Origin: an uncultured Armatimonadetes bacterium
GTDB lineage: Bacteria; Armatimonadota; Hebobacteria; Hebobacterales; Hebobacteraceae
DNA length: 64,000 nt
Direction of reading: 5' to 3'
NCBI GenBank assembly: GCA_963716175.1
Contig: OY970296.1
Coordinates: forward strand, 4,320,001 to 4,384,000
Shown: piece after piece, positions 18,697-27,501 of the stretch
How positions within the stretch are numbered: position 1 is the stretch's first letter
Layout: every line of letters begins with the position of its first letter
Notes under the pieces: model-generated
Database searches by the model: none
What the model saw: only the letters and a program-made list of their open reading frames with translations
Told to the model about the DNA's origin: nothing
Program-made: the position numbers and the translations under genes

Positions 18697-19682
18697 CAGG
18701 ATACAGCATGCTGACGGTGTTGGAGCCACAGCCCCAGGACGGGTTCGTGGAGACCGATTATGTGCGCGCCATCATGGGCCGGGCGCAGCGCTACCTGGAG
18801 GCCGGTTTCCCGGTGCACTTTCGCGGCGGTTCGGGGACCGGCAAGACCACCTTCGCCATGCACCTGGCGCACCTGGTGGGCCGACCCATGGTGCTCATCC
18901 ACGGAGATGAGGAGTTCAGCACCTCGAATCTGATCGGAGGAGAGCACGGCTATCGGCTGCGCAAGGTGGTGGACAACTTCATCCACTCGGTGCTGAAGAC
19001 GGAGGAGAGTCTCACCCGGCAGTGGGTGGACAACCGGCTCACTCTGGTCTGCAAGTATGGCTTCACCCTGGTCTACGATGAGTTCACGCGCTCCCGCCCA
19101 GAGGCGAACAATGTCCTGCTGTCCGTTCTCCAAGAAGGGATCCTGGATCTGCCGCTGGCACGGGGGGAAGAGGGCTACCTCCGAGTGGCCCCAGGCTTCA
19201 AGGCCATCTTCACCTCCAACCCGGAGGAGTACGCAGGCACGCACAAGGCGCAGGACGCCCTGCGAGACCGGATGGTGACGCTCGACCTCGACCACTTCGA
19301 CCGAGAGACTGAGATCGCCATCACCCACGCCAGGTCTCACCTCCCGCGAGAGGATGTGGAGCCGATCGTTGACCTGGTGAGGGCCTTTCGAGAGAGAGGC
19401 AGGTACGAGTTCTCCCCGACCGTGCGCGCGCCCATCATGATCGCCAAGGTCATCAGAGTGCGAGGGGCGGCCGTGCACCGAGAAGACGCGTTCTTCCGCG
19501 ATATCTGCCTGGATGTGCTCTCTTCAGAGAGCAGCCGCAGCGGAGTGGGCCGGGACGGGAAGGAAACCCGCATGCTGATCGAGAGCCTGATCGAGGAGCT
19601 ATGCCGGCGGCCAGCGGGAGAGCGGCCGCCACGCAGCCAGATGCCTGTTGCGGCTGATTTCGCGGCCGTGCAGATGGGATGA
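18693..19682 (+). CDS. gvpN: Gas vesicle AAA+ ATPase GvpN
   Basis: PVHFRGGSGTGKTT Walker A; YDEFTRSRPEANN; TSNPEEYAGTHKAQDALRDR; ATGA overlap with the upstream gene. Confidence 0.95.
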   Translation: MTGYSMLTVLEPQPQDGFVETDYVRAIMGRAQRYLEAGFPVHFRGGSGTGKTTFAMHLAHLVGRPMVLIHGDEEFSTSNLIGGEHGYRLRKVVDNFIHSVLKTEESLTRQWVDNRLTLVCKYGFTLVYDEFTRSRPEANNVLLSVLQEGILDLPLARGEEGYLRVAPGFKAIFTSNPEEYAGTHKAQDALRDRMVTLDLDHFDRETEIAITHARSHLPREDVEPIVDLVRAFRERGRYEFSPTVRAPIMIAKVIRVRGAAVHREDAFFRDICLDVLSSESSRSGVGRDGKETRMLIESLIEELCRRPAGERPPRSQMPVAADFAAVQMG

Positions 19683-19701
19683 GATCGAAGGAGATGGGCA
19701 G

Positions 19702-19980
19702 ATGAGTGTGGCTGAAGTCACTCAGGCCGCGGTGAAGTTCTTCCAGGAAGTGATGGGCAAAGCCGGGAGAGTGATCGCGGTGGAACCCGACGGGGAGGGA
19801 CAGCGGGTGCTGGTGGAGGTGGTGGAGGAGAGCGAGTATGTGCGACGGCTCGGCAAGAGCGAGATTCTGGGCGTCTATGAAGTGCACATGGATCGCAACC
19901 TGAACGTGACCTCCTACTCGCGCATCGGGCTGAGGGACAGGGCCGCCGGGCAGATGATTGGGACGAGCGTGAGTGGCTAG
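19702..19980 (+). CDS. gvpO: Gas vesicle protein GvpO family
   Basis: VEVVEE..ILGVYEVHMD..VTSYSRIGLR pattern; follows gvpN. Confidence 0.75.
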   Translation: MSVAEVTQAAVKFFQEVMGKAGRVIAVEPDGEGQRVLVEVVEESEYVRRLGKSEILGVYEVHMDRNLNVTSYSRIGLRDRAAGQMIGTSVSG

Positions 19981-20093
19981 GCCTACGGCCGCCATGTCCC
20001 TAGGCCTGAAGGCCGGGATGGCGGCCCGCCGAAGGCGGGCCTAGCCAGCGGTCGGCTCTGGCGACCTAGCCGCTAGCGCGAAAGGAGACGTCA

Positions 20094-20393
20094 GTGTTTC
20101 ACATTTCGCATTCGGCCGGCATGCGCACCAGCCTGCGCCAGCAACTGCATTCCCTCCCGCCCAGCCATCGCTCTCCCTATCTGGAGGGCCACATGCTGGC
20201 CAAGCAGAAGGAACGTCTCGAGAAGGAGCTGTGTCAGCTCGAGCACCGATGCCACCAGTGGCGGCTGCGCCTGGCCGACATCGCTGCCAAGCTGGAAGCT
20301 CTGTCCGAGCGGCAGTTGAGTGCGGCGGCCTCGCCTGCTCCAGGTGGAACAGGCCCCACCGCACACGTCGCCAGCATGACCATCGAATACTGA
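20094..20393 (+). CDS. Small coiled-coil gas vesicle accessory protein (GvpV-like)
   Basis: SLP..SPYLEGHMLAKQKERLEKEL coiled coil with C-terminal TIEY; AAGGAG RBS; inside the operon. Confidence 0.5.
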   Translation: MFHISHSAGMRTSLRQQLHSLPPSHRSPYLEGHMLAKQKERLEKELCQLEHRCHQWRLRLADIAAKLEALSERQLSAAASPAPGGTGPTAHVASMTIEY

Positions 20394-20460
20394 TCCTAGT
20401 CTGCGAAGTGGCGAGGTAGCCTCGCCACCCGGCGAGGAAGCACGAGCTGCGAGGAGCGTC

Positions 20461-21015
20461 ATGGCTAGACAGGGGCGAAAGCGCCGAGACCGAGACGAAG
20501 ACGAAGGAGATCGCGCCCGCGTAAGCGTGGACCTCGGCCTTGGAGGGATCTTCAAGGGGTTGGGCAGCTTCATCGAGCTGCTCGGCGAGATGGCGGAGAA
20601 GGGCGAGAGCGAGGTGACTCGCACCGGCGAAGCGAGGGGCCCGGGCCGCACCAGGGCGATGTACGGTTTCACCGTCAAGATCGGGGACGGAGGTGCGCCC
20701 CGGGTCGAGCGCTTCGGCAACGTTCGGGACACGAGCATGGGGGCAGTGGTGGAAGAGGTGCGGGAACCCATGGTGGACGTGTTTGACGAGGGGAACGAGG
20801 TGGTGGTGATTGTGGAGATTCCCGGAGTGGACGAGGGCGACGTCCAGTTGGAGGTGAGAGACGATATCCTGCTGCTCGCGGCCAGCCATGGAGACCGCAA
20901 ATACAGCAAAGAGGTGCTGCTGCCCTGCGCGGTGCAGCCGGACAGCATGAAGCGCAGCTATCACAACGGCGTGGCTGAGATCCGGCTGGCCAAAGCCACT
21001 CCGGAGAAGGTCTAG
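20461..21015 (+). CDS. gvpH: Hsp20/alpha-crystallin protein (GvpH-like)
   Basis: REPMVDVFDE..VIVEIPGV..KYSKEVLLP..YHNGVAEIRL alpha-crystallin domain. Confidence 0.75.
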   Translation: MARQGRKRRDRDEDEGDRARVSVDLGLGGIFKGLGSFIELLGEMAEKGESEVTRTGEARGPGRTRAMYGFTVKIGDGGAPRVERFGNVRDTSMGAVVEEVREPMVDVFDEGNEVVVIVEIPGVDEGDVQLEVRDDILLLAASHGDRKYSKEVLLPCAVQPDSMKRSYHNGVAEIRLAKATPEKV

Positions 21016-21041
21016 GTCAGGCTCCCCGAGATTGGACCTGA

Positions 21042-23255
21042 GTGAAGAGAACCGACGAGAAAAATGCCGGAAGGGTGCCTAAGGCGATCAGCTTGCGAGC
21101 CGCGGAAGCGCTCAGCAAAGACGTAGGGCGAGGCCTGGCGCGAGTTGACCCTGCGGACATGGAGCGGCTCGGGGCGCAGGTCGGCGACGTCATCCTGATC
21201 ACTGGAAAACGGAAGACCGCGGTGCGGGTAATGCCTGCCTACGCGGAGCACCGGGGCAAAGGGCTGGTGCAGATTGACGGCATCACCCGGGAGAACGCCC
21301 AAATGGGGCTGGACGAGAAGGCGATCCTCGAAAAAACCACCAGCCAACCCGCCCGGAGTCTGGTGCTATCTCCCGTGGGCGACTTGGGGGCGCTGCGCGG
21401 CGAGAACGACAGCCGGTACCTCGGGCGGCTGCTGGAGGGACTGGCGGTAATGGCGGGAGACCGCGTGCGCGCCACTCTGTTCGGCGCTCGCTCTCAGGAC
21501 TTCCAGGCCGTGGAGACGAGCCCACGCGGGGTGGTGCTGATGCACCCCGAGACCACGATCAAGATCCGAGATGAGAAGGCGGCGCAGAAAAGGCCCGGGG
21601 TCACCTACGAAGACATAGGCGGGCTTCACAAAGAGATCCAGCGGGTGCGAGAGATGATCGAGCTGCCGCTGAAGTACCCCGAGCTCTTCGAAAAGTTGGG
21701 CATCGAGCCGCCCAAGGGCGTGCTCCTGCACGGCCCTCCGGGAACCGGGAAGACCCTGATCGCCCGCGCCGTGGCGAACGAAACCGACGCCCACTTCGTG
21801 GCGGTGAATGGGCCGGAGGTGATCCACAAGTTCTATGGCGAGAGCGAGGCCAGGCTGCGGGGCGTGTTCGAGGAGGCGGCTCGCCATTCTCCCAGCATCA
21901 TCTTCCTGGACGAGATTGATGCCATCGCGCCCAAGCGGGCCGAGGTCACCGGGGAGGTGGAGAAGCGCGTCGTCGCCCAACTGCTGGCCCTGATGGACGG
22001 GCTGGAGCAGAGAGGGCAAGTGATCGTGATCGGGGCCACCAATATCCCTGACAGCCTCGATCCGGCGCTGCGTCGGCCCGGGCGGTTTGACCGGGAGATC
22101 GCGGTCAGCATCCCGGATAAGGAGGGCCGGCTGCACATTCTCCAGATCCACACCCGCGGCATGCCGCTGAACGCAGATGTGGACCTGGAACGAATCGCCT
22201 CCATCACCCACGGGTATGTGGGCGCCGACCTGGCCGCGCTCTGCCGGGAAGCGGCCATGGTCTGCCTGCGCGATCTCCTGCCCCAGGTTGACTTCGAGCT
22301 TGAGACCGTGCCATACGAAGCAATCGCCAGCCTGGAGGTGACCTCCAGGCATTTCAGCGACGCGCTCAAGGAGGTGGAGCCATCAGCAATCCGGGAAGTG
22401 CTGGTGGAAGTGCCCAATGTGCTCTGGGACCAGATCGGGGGCCTGGCGGAGGCGAAGCGCGAGCTGCGGGAGGCGGTGGAATGGCCTCTGAAGCACCGCG
22501 GGCTCCTGGACCTCGCCGGTATTGACCAGCCCCGCGGGATCCTCCTCCACGGTCCTGCTGGCACCGGCAAGACGCTGCTGGCGAAGGCGGCGGCAACCGA
22601 GAGCGAGGCGAACTTCATCTCTGTGAAGGGCCCGGCGCTGCTCTCCAAATGGGTGGGGGAATCAGAGAAAGGAGTGCGGGAGACTTTCCGCAAGGCTCGC
22701 CAGGTTGCGCCCTGCATCGTCTTCTTCGATGAGATTGACGCCATTGCTCCGCGGCGAGGCTCCGGGGGAGACTCGCACGTCAGCGAGCGCGTGGTGAGCC
22801 AACTGCTCACCGAGATGGACGGGATCGAGGAGATCAAGGGCGTGCTGGTGCTGGCCGCCACCAATCGCCTCGACATCGTGGATCCCGCGCTGCTGAGGCC
22901 GGGCCGGTTCGATTCGCTGATCGCCCTCACGAGGCCTGACCGCGAGTCGCGTCGGGAAATCCTGCGCGTGCACGCAGGCGGCCTGCCAACTGCCGAGGAC
23001 GTCGAGCTGGACTCGCTCGCCGATGAGATGGAGGGATTCTCCGGGTCTGACATCGCAGCGACCTGCAAGAAGGCAGCCACGCTGGCGATCCGAGACTTCC
23101 TGGCAGTCCACGGGGACGAGATCCGCGAGTACAGGGGCTTCGGCATTTCTCGTCACCACTTCCAGGAGGCGGTGGCGACGATGCGGACACGGATCATGCA
23201 GACGGAGACGGGGGAGCTGGCATGGGGCGAAGCGCGAAGCGCATCTTCTGCATAA
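21042..23255 (+). CDS. CDC48/VCP-family double-ring AAA+ ATPase
   Basis: CDC48 N-domain ([10 protein letters not shown]); VTYEDIGG; two Walker A motifs ([16 protein letters not shown]); two DEIDAIAP and ALxRPGRFD motifs. Confidence 0.93.
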   Translation: MKRTDEKNAGRVPKAISLRAAEALSKDVGRGLARVDPADMERLGAQVGDVILITGKRKTAVRVMPAYAEHRGKGLVQIDGITRENAQMGLDEKAILEKTTSQPARSLVLSPVGDLGALRGENDSRYLGRLLEGLAVMAGDRVRATLFGARSQDFQAVETSPRGVVLMHPETTIKIRDEKAAQKRPGVTYEDIGGLHKEIQRVREMIELPLKYPELFEKLGIEPPKGVLLHGPPGTGKTLIARAVANETDAHFVAVNGPEVIHKFYGESEARLRGVFEEAARHSPSIIFLDEIDAIAPKRAEVTGEVEKRVVAQLLALMDGLEQRGQVIVIGATNIPDSLDPALRRPGRFDREIAVSIPDKEGRLHILQIHTRGMPLNADVDLERIASITHGYVGADLAALCREAAMVCLRDLLPQVDFELETVPYEAIASLEVTSRHFSDALKEVEPSAIREVLVEVPNVLWDQIGGLAEAKRELREAVEWPLKHRGLLDLAGIDQPRGILLHGPAGTGKTLLAKAAATESEANFISVKGPALLSKWVGESEKGVRETFRKARQVAPCIVFFDEIDAIAPRRGSGGDSHVSERVVSQLLTEMDGIEEIKGVLVLAATNRLDIVDPALLRPGRFDSLIALTRPDRESRREILRVHAGGLPTAEDVELDSLADEMEGFSGSDIAATCKKAATLAIRDFLAVHGDEIREYRGFGISRHHFQEAVATMRTRIMQTETGELAWGEARSASSA

Positions 23256-23992
23256 CCGAATCCGGCCCGCTGACCGGGGTCGCCGAGGGCGGTATTCACG
23301 CCATCAGGTGTGGCGACCTCGCGGCCGTGGTTCGGGATGCCGTCTCGCAGGGCGCTCCACCCACCCGGCAGGACTTAGTGGAACATCTGCGAGTGATCGA
23401 GCAGGTGATGGCGCGCCAGACCGTTGTCCCGGTGGCGTTCGGCACAACCGCGGCCAGCGAGGAGGAAGTACGCAACTCCCTGCTGGTTCCGCGCTATGAC
23501 TGGCTGAGGAGCCTTCTCGATCACCTGAGGGGAAAGGTCGAACTGGGCCTGAAGGTGATGTGGCGAGACCTGGCCCCGGTGCTGGCGGAGATTGTCGCCG
23601 AGCGCGAGGACATTGGCACCTTGCGAGCGTGGATCGCGGCGCGACCTGGGCCCAGCACCTACCAACAGAGAGTGAGAATCGGCCAAATGGTGGCCGAGGC
23701 GCTGGATGACAGACGAGCCAGGGAGACGGACGCGATCATGGCGACCCTGGCACCACTGGCAACCGAGACCCGCGCCGGAAAGCTGCTGGGAGACAAGATG
23801 ATCCTTAACGCCGCCTTTCTGGTGGAGAGAGAACGAGAGCCGGAGTTCGATCAGGGCGTAGCCCGCCTGGGCGAGGACCGCGGCGACAGGCTGGTGATTC
23901 GGTACGTGGGCCCGGAGCCTCCCTTCAGTTTCGTAGACCTAAACGGGATCGTCTCGGCGTCGCGCGACACGGCCTTGCCGGCCTTGCGCTGA
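23222..23992 (+). CDS. gvpF: GvpL/GvpF family gas vesicle protein
   Basis: HLRVIEQVM..TVVPVAFGT; GKVELGLKV; ILNAAFLV; YVGPEPPFSFV. Confidence 0.85.
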   Translation: MGRSAKRIFCITESGPLTGVAEGGIHAIRCGDLAAVVRDAVSQGAPPTRQDLVEHLRVIEQVMARQTVVPVAFGTTAASEEEVRNSLLVPRYDWLRSLLDHLRGKVELGLKVMWRDLAPVLAEIVAEREDIGTLRAWIAARPGPSTYQQRVRIGQMVAEALDDRRARETDAIMATLAPLATETRAGKLLGDKMILNAAFLVEREREPEFDQGVARLGEDRGDRLVIRYVGPEPPFSFVDLNGIVSASRDTALPALR

Positions 23993-24032
23993 TTGTGCTG
24001 CTCGCAGCAGCAGAGAGAGATCGGTGGGAAGC

Positions 24033-24281
24033 ATGGGACTGCTGGGTATGCTGGCGGGTCTTCCTCTCGCCCCGGTCAGGGGCGTGGCGGCGCTGGCGCG
24101 CCACCTTCAGCAGCAGGCCGAGCGGGAGTGGGAGGACGAACTCGCCGAACTCCAGGCCATGCTGCTGGAACTCGAGTTGACGCAGGCCGGCGAAGAAGAG
24201 GAGCTGGCCAGCAAGGAGGCCGAACTGCTGGCAAAGGTAGCGGCATTGGCGGGGGCCCGCGCGAGGGTCGAAGACACATGA
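24033..24281 (+). CDS. gvpG: Gas vesicle protein GvpG
   Basis: MGLL..LPLAPVRGV..LA..AERE..L..LEL....EEE....EAELL pattern. Confidence 0.8.
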   Translation: MGLLGMLAGLPLAPVRGVAALARHLQQQAEREWEDELAELQAMLLELELTQAGEEEELASKEAELLAKVAALAGARARVEDT

Positions 24282-25069
24282 CGCGCGCAGCGGAGACGAG
24301 CGGCATCTACGTATACTGCATCACCGAAGGCAGACCAGTGACGCTGCCCCGAGACGCACATCCACTGCGGCGCGTTTACGCGATCGCCAGGGATGATTTG
24401 GTCGCCGTGGTCAGCGAAGTGCCTCTGGACGAGTTCGGCGAACATGCGCTGAGCGGGCGCTTGCAGGATGCATCTTGGCTGGAGCGGGAGGCACGAGCCC
24501 ACGAACGAGTGGTCGAGCACGTGATGCGGGGCCGAACAGTGCTGCCGATGAAGCTCTGCACCATCTTCCGCGGCGAAGAACGGGTGCGGGAGCTGCTCGA
24601 GACCCACCGCGCCGAGTTCCGTCAGACTCTGGCGCGGCTGCGAGGCCGAGAGGAGTGGGAGATGAGGATGTACCAGGAGCTGGTTCCGCCGGCTGGCGCC
24701 CGGCCGCGCAGACCGGCCCCGCCCGTCTCGGGGAGCGCGTACCTCAGGCAGAAGGCGGCGGCGCAGGCCGCCACCGCAAAGGCCGCGACCGAGGCCCGCT
24801 GCCAGGCGGAGCAAGCGTTCGCGATAGTGGCAGAATGCGCGGACGAGATCCAGCTCAAGCCCGTGGCCGCGACCTCCTCGCCGACGGCCCCCAGGCTGAT
24901 CCTGGATGCAGTCTGCCTGCTCGCGAAAGTGCAGGTTCCGGTTCTCCGCCGGCAGTTGGAGAGCCTGGGGAAGGAACTCGCGGACAAAGGAACGCGCTTT
25001 CAGCTAGTCGGTCCCTGGCCCCCCTACCATTTCGCCGGAGAGGTGCAAGAGTATGTCGCTCTATCCTAG
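24278..25069 (+). CDS. gvpL: GvpL/GvpF family gas vesicle protein (second copy)
   Basis: GIYVYCI; AHERVVEHVM..TVLPMKLCTIF; SGSAYLRQK; GPWPPYHF; ATGA coupling to gvpG. Confidence 0.85.
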   Translation: MTRAAETSGIYVYCITEGRPVTLPRDAHPLRRVYAIARDDLVAVVSEVPLDEFGEHALSGRLQDASWLEREARAHERVVEHVMRGRTVLPMKLCTIFRGEERVRELLETHRAEFRQTLARLRGREEWEMRMYQELVPPAGARPRRPAPPVSGSAYLRQKAAAQAATAKAATEARCQAEQAFAIVAECADEIQLKPVAATSSPTAPRLILDAVCLLAKVQVPVLRRQLESLGKELADKGTRFQLVGPWPPYHFAGEVQEYVALS

Positions 25070-25661
25070 CCCGGCGGAAATGGAGGAGGTGAGCCTCCTC
25101 GATGTGGTGGACACAGCCCTGGACAAAGGCATCGTGCTCCAGGGGGATGCCACGATTTCGGTGGCCGACGTGGACCTGGTGTTTCTGGGTCTCAGACTGG
25201 TGCTGGCCTCTGTTGACACCGTGGACCGTGGTAGGAGCTTGCGCTCCTGCCCAACCACGACAGGGACAGGCGGCGGCCGCCGAAAGCGTGCTCCGAAGGG
25301 CCAACTGCCGGTAGCAGTGCCGTCACGAACAGACCACGCGCCTCTTCATATCGCCGCCGAGCGCGAACCAGCCGCGAAAGCCGACACCTCCGCCAGGGCC
25401 GGCGAAGCATTGGCCGACGCCGATAAGATGGAACAGGGGTTGGCCAAACTGGTGCTCACGATAGTCGAGCTGCTGCGGCAGCTGCTGGAAAGACAGGCGC
25501 TGCGGAGGATGGCGCGGGGCTCGCTCAGCGACGACGAAATCGAGCGGATGGGCACCACTTTCCAGCGCCTGGAGGAGAAAATGGGGGAGCTGAAGCGGGT
25601 GTTCGGCCTGAAGGGAGAGGAGCTGAGCCTGAATCTCGGGCCGCTGGGGAACCTGATGTGA
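25053..25661 (+). CDS. gvpK: Fusion of a GvpA/J-family domain and GvpK
   Basis: N-terminal SLLDVVDTALDKGIVLQGDATISVADVDLV; C-terminal GLAKLVLTIVELLRQLLERQALRRM..LNLGPLG. Confidence 0.85.
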   Translation: MSLYPSPAEMEEVSLLDVVDTALDKGIVLQGDATISVADVDLVFLGLRLVLASVDTVDRGRSLRSCPTTTGTGGGRRKRAPKGQLPVAVPSRTDHAPLHIAAEREPAAKADTSARAGEALADADKMEQGLAKLVLTIVELLRQLLERQALRRMARGSLSDDEIERMGTTFQRLEEKMGELKRVFGLKGEELSLNLGPLGNLM

Positions 25662-25708
25662 CAGGCAGGAGGGCGGACCGCCCGCTCTGAGCTTTGGAGA
25701 GGAAGACC

Positions 25709-26005
25709 ATGCCGAATGGCTACGGTGCCCAGATCGTGCATCCCACGCACGCCACGAACCTGGCCGAGATCCTGGAGCGGGTGCTCGACAAGGGGATTGT
25801 GATCGCCGGCGACATCAGCATCTCTCTGGCCGACATCGAGCTGCTCAAGATCAGGCTGCGCCTGTTGGTGGCATCGGTGGACAAGGCCAAGGAGATGGGG
25901 ATAGATTGGTGGGAGCATGACCCAGCTCTCTCCTCTCGCGCCCGGCCGAGCAAGCGACGCAGCCGCAGCACCCGTCGCGCGCTGCCGACTGATACCACGG
26001 TGTAG
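25709..26005 (+). CDS. gvpJ: Gas vesicle protein GvpJ (GvpA family)
   Basis: NLAEILERVLDKGIVIAGDISISLADIELLKIRLRLLVASVDKAKEMGIDWWEHDPALSS. Confidence 0.9.
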   Translation: MPNGYGAQIVHPTHATNLAEILERVLDKGIVIAGDISISLADIELLKIRLRLLVASVDKAKEMGIDWWEHDPALSSRARPSKRRSRSTRRALPTDTTV

Positions 26006-26089
26006 CAGCGCAATCACCAGGGCATCCATGGTCTGGCTGTTGTCAGCAAACGTATCTGTGTGGCGGCCGCCAGATGAGCTGGCCCACCA

Positions 26090-27418
26090 CTAGTTTCGCG
26101 ATCGCCGCCTGCCCCTCCGAAACTGAGGGAGCAGGTCGCGGTGCACTCTCAGGTAGTCCGCGAGAATCCCCTTGGCCTGCTCGATATCGCTGATCATGGG
26201 GTCCATGAGCAGAGCGTGGAGAGCGATCTTGGCATCGCCGGTGGCGGCGGCCTGCACCGCCAGCTCAGCCACCGCGATCTGGCGGCGGCAGAGCTCGGCC
26301 ATGGGCTCTGGCAGCTCGCCGAGCGACACACCGCGGATGCCCATGGCGCTGACCACCGCGGGCACCTCGATGATCGCGCCCTGGGGCAGATTAGGCACGT
26401 AGCCTTCGTTCGGGATGTTCAGCGCCAGCTCGTAGCTATTCTGGTTGTTGGCGATCGCCGCCGCCACGGCCACCGCTCTTTCGCCGGAGCCTTCCCGGTA
26501 CTCGTCGAGGGGCGCGGTCCCCGCCGCGATGTCGCTCAACCGCTGCTGCTCCCTCTCGAGGTGCCTTCGGCGCCGATCCGAGGCGAAACGCGGCGGATTG
26601 AGGTGGTACTTCTCCCAGGGCTTGGTCCGTGGGTCAGTCACCCAGGGCAGGTATTCTGCGATATGGGAATCTCCGCACATCGGGTAGAGGCCGAACTCGG
26701 CGAAGATATCCCGGGTCAAGGGATGGAAGTTCTCCGGCCAGGACTTGATCCGCCGCCTGAGAGCCGGATACAGATCTTCCCCTCCGGGCTTGCGCCTGAG
26801 GTCCAGCACCCAGGTGAAGTGGTTGAGGCCGGCGGCCTTGATGTCCAGCTCTTCTGGCGGCAGGCCGAGCACGTGACCCATGTCCTCGGCGCCAAGGCCG
26901 ATGCCGTGGCAGAAGCCACAGGCTTTGACCCCACCGTACTTATGGGCCGCGAGCGCAATCCTGGGCACGGGATTCGTGTAGTTGAAGAACCAGGCGTCTG
27001 GGCAGAGCTTGCGCATGTCCTCGCAGATCGCCATCACGGGCGCGATGTTGCGCGCGGCGTGGGCGAAGCCGGCAGGGCCGCCGTTCTCGCTGAACGGCTG
27101 TCGCAGGCCATGCTTGAGGGGGATCTCGAAATCCAACTGCCAGCGCTCCATGCGCTGCACCTCAATCGCCACGATCACGAAATCCGCGTCCGGCAGGGCG
27201 CGCTTGCGGTCAACGGTGGCCTCGATCGTCATGTCGCTGCCCCACTCCGCGTTCATGCGCTCGGCCACCCGCCGCACCAGGCGGAGAGACTCTGCATCAA
27301 TGTCCACCAGCGAAAGGGTTCCCCCTTTCAGGTCGGGGTTGGCCAGCACGTCGGCCACCGTCCAGGCCCCGAAGTCCAGGCTCCCTGCTCCGATCACCAC
27401 TACCTTGGTCGCTTTCAT
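26090..27418 (-). CDS. Glycoside hydrolase family 4 (NAD+/Mn2+-dependent, alpha-galactosidase-like)
   Basis: KVVVIGAGS; ENGGPAG; NYTNP; GFCHG; AGLNHFTW; DSHIAEYLPW. Confidence 0.9.
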   Translation of the reverse strand: MKATKVVVIGAGSLDFGAWTVADVLANPDLKGGTLSLVDIDAESLRLVRRVAERMNAEWGSDMTIEATVDRKRALPDADFVIVAIEVQRMERWQLDFEIPLKHGLRQPFSENGGPAGFAHAARNIAPVMAICEDMRKLCPDAWFFNYTNPVPRIALAAHKYGGVKACGFCHGIGLGAEDMGHVLGLPPEELDIKAAGLNHFTWVLDLRRKPGGEDLYPALRRRIKSWPENFHPLTRDIFAEFGLYPMCGDSHIAEYLPWVTDPRTKPWEKYHLNPPRFASDRRRRHLEREQQRLSDIAAGTAPLDEYREGSGERAVAVAAAIANNQNSYELALNIPNEGYVPNLPQGAIIEVPAVVSAMGIRGVSLGELPEPMAELCRRQIAVAELAVQAAATGDAKIALHALLMDPMISDIEQAKGILADYLRVHRDLLPQFRRGRRRSRN

Positions 27419-27501
27419 GCCTCTTCTCCTAACATGGTTGAACCCGCGGGCCCGCCCGCGGGGCCCGTCGCAGCGTACCTGCCGAATCTCTTTCGCAATG
27501 G

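Noticed and set aside
16400-26089. gvp cluster as a mobile island
   Set aside because: No integrase, transposase, tRNA or flanking direct repeats seen, and no compositional shift obvious by eye; older transfer cannot be excluded
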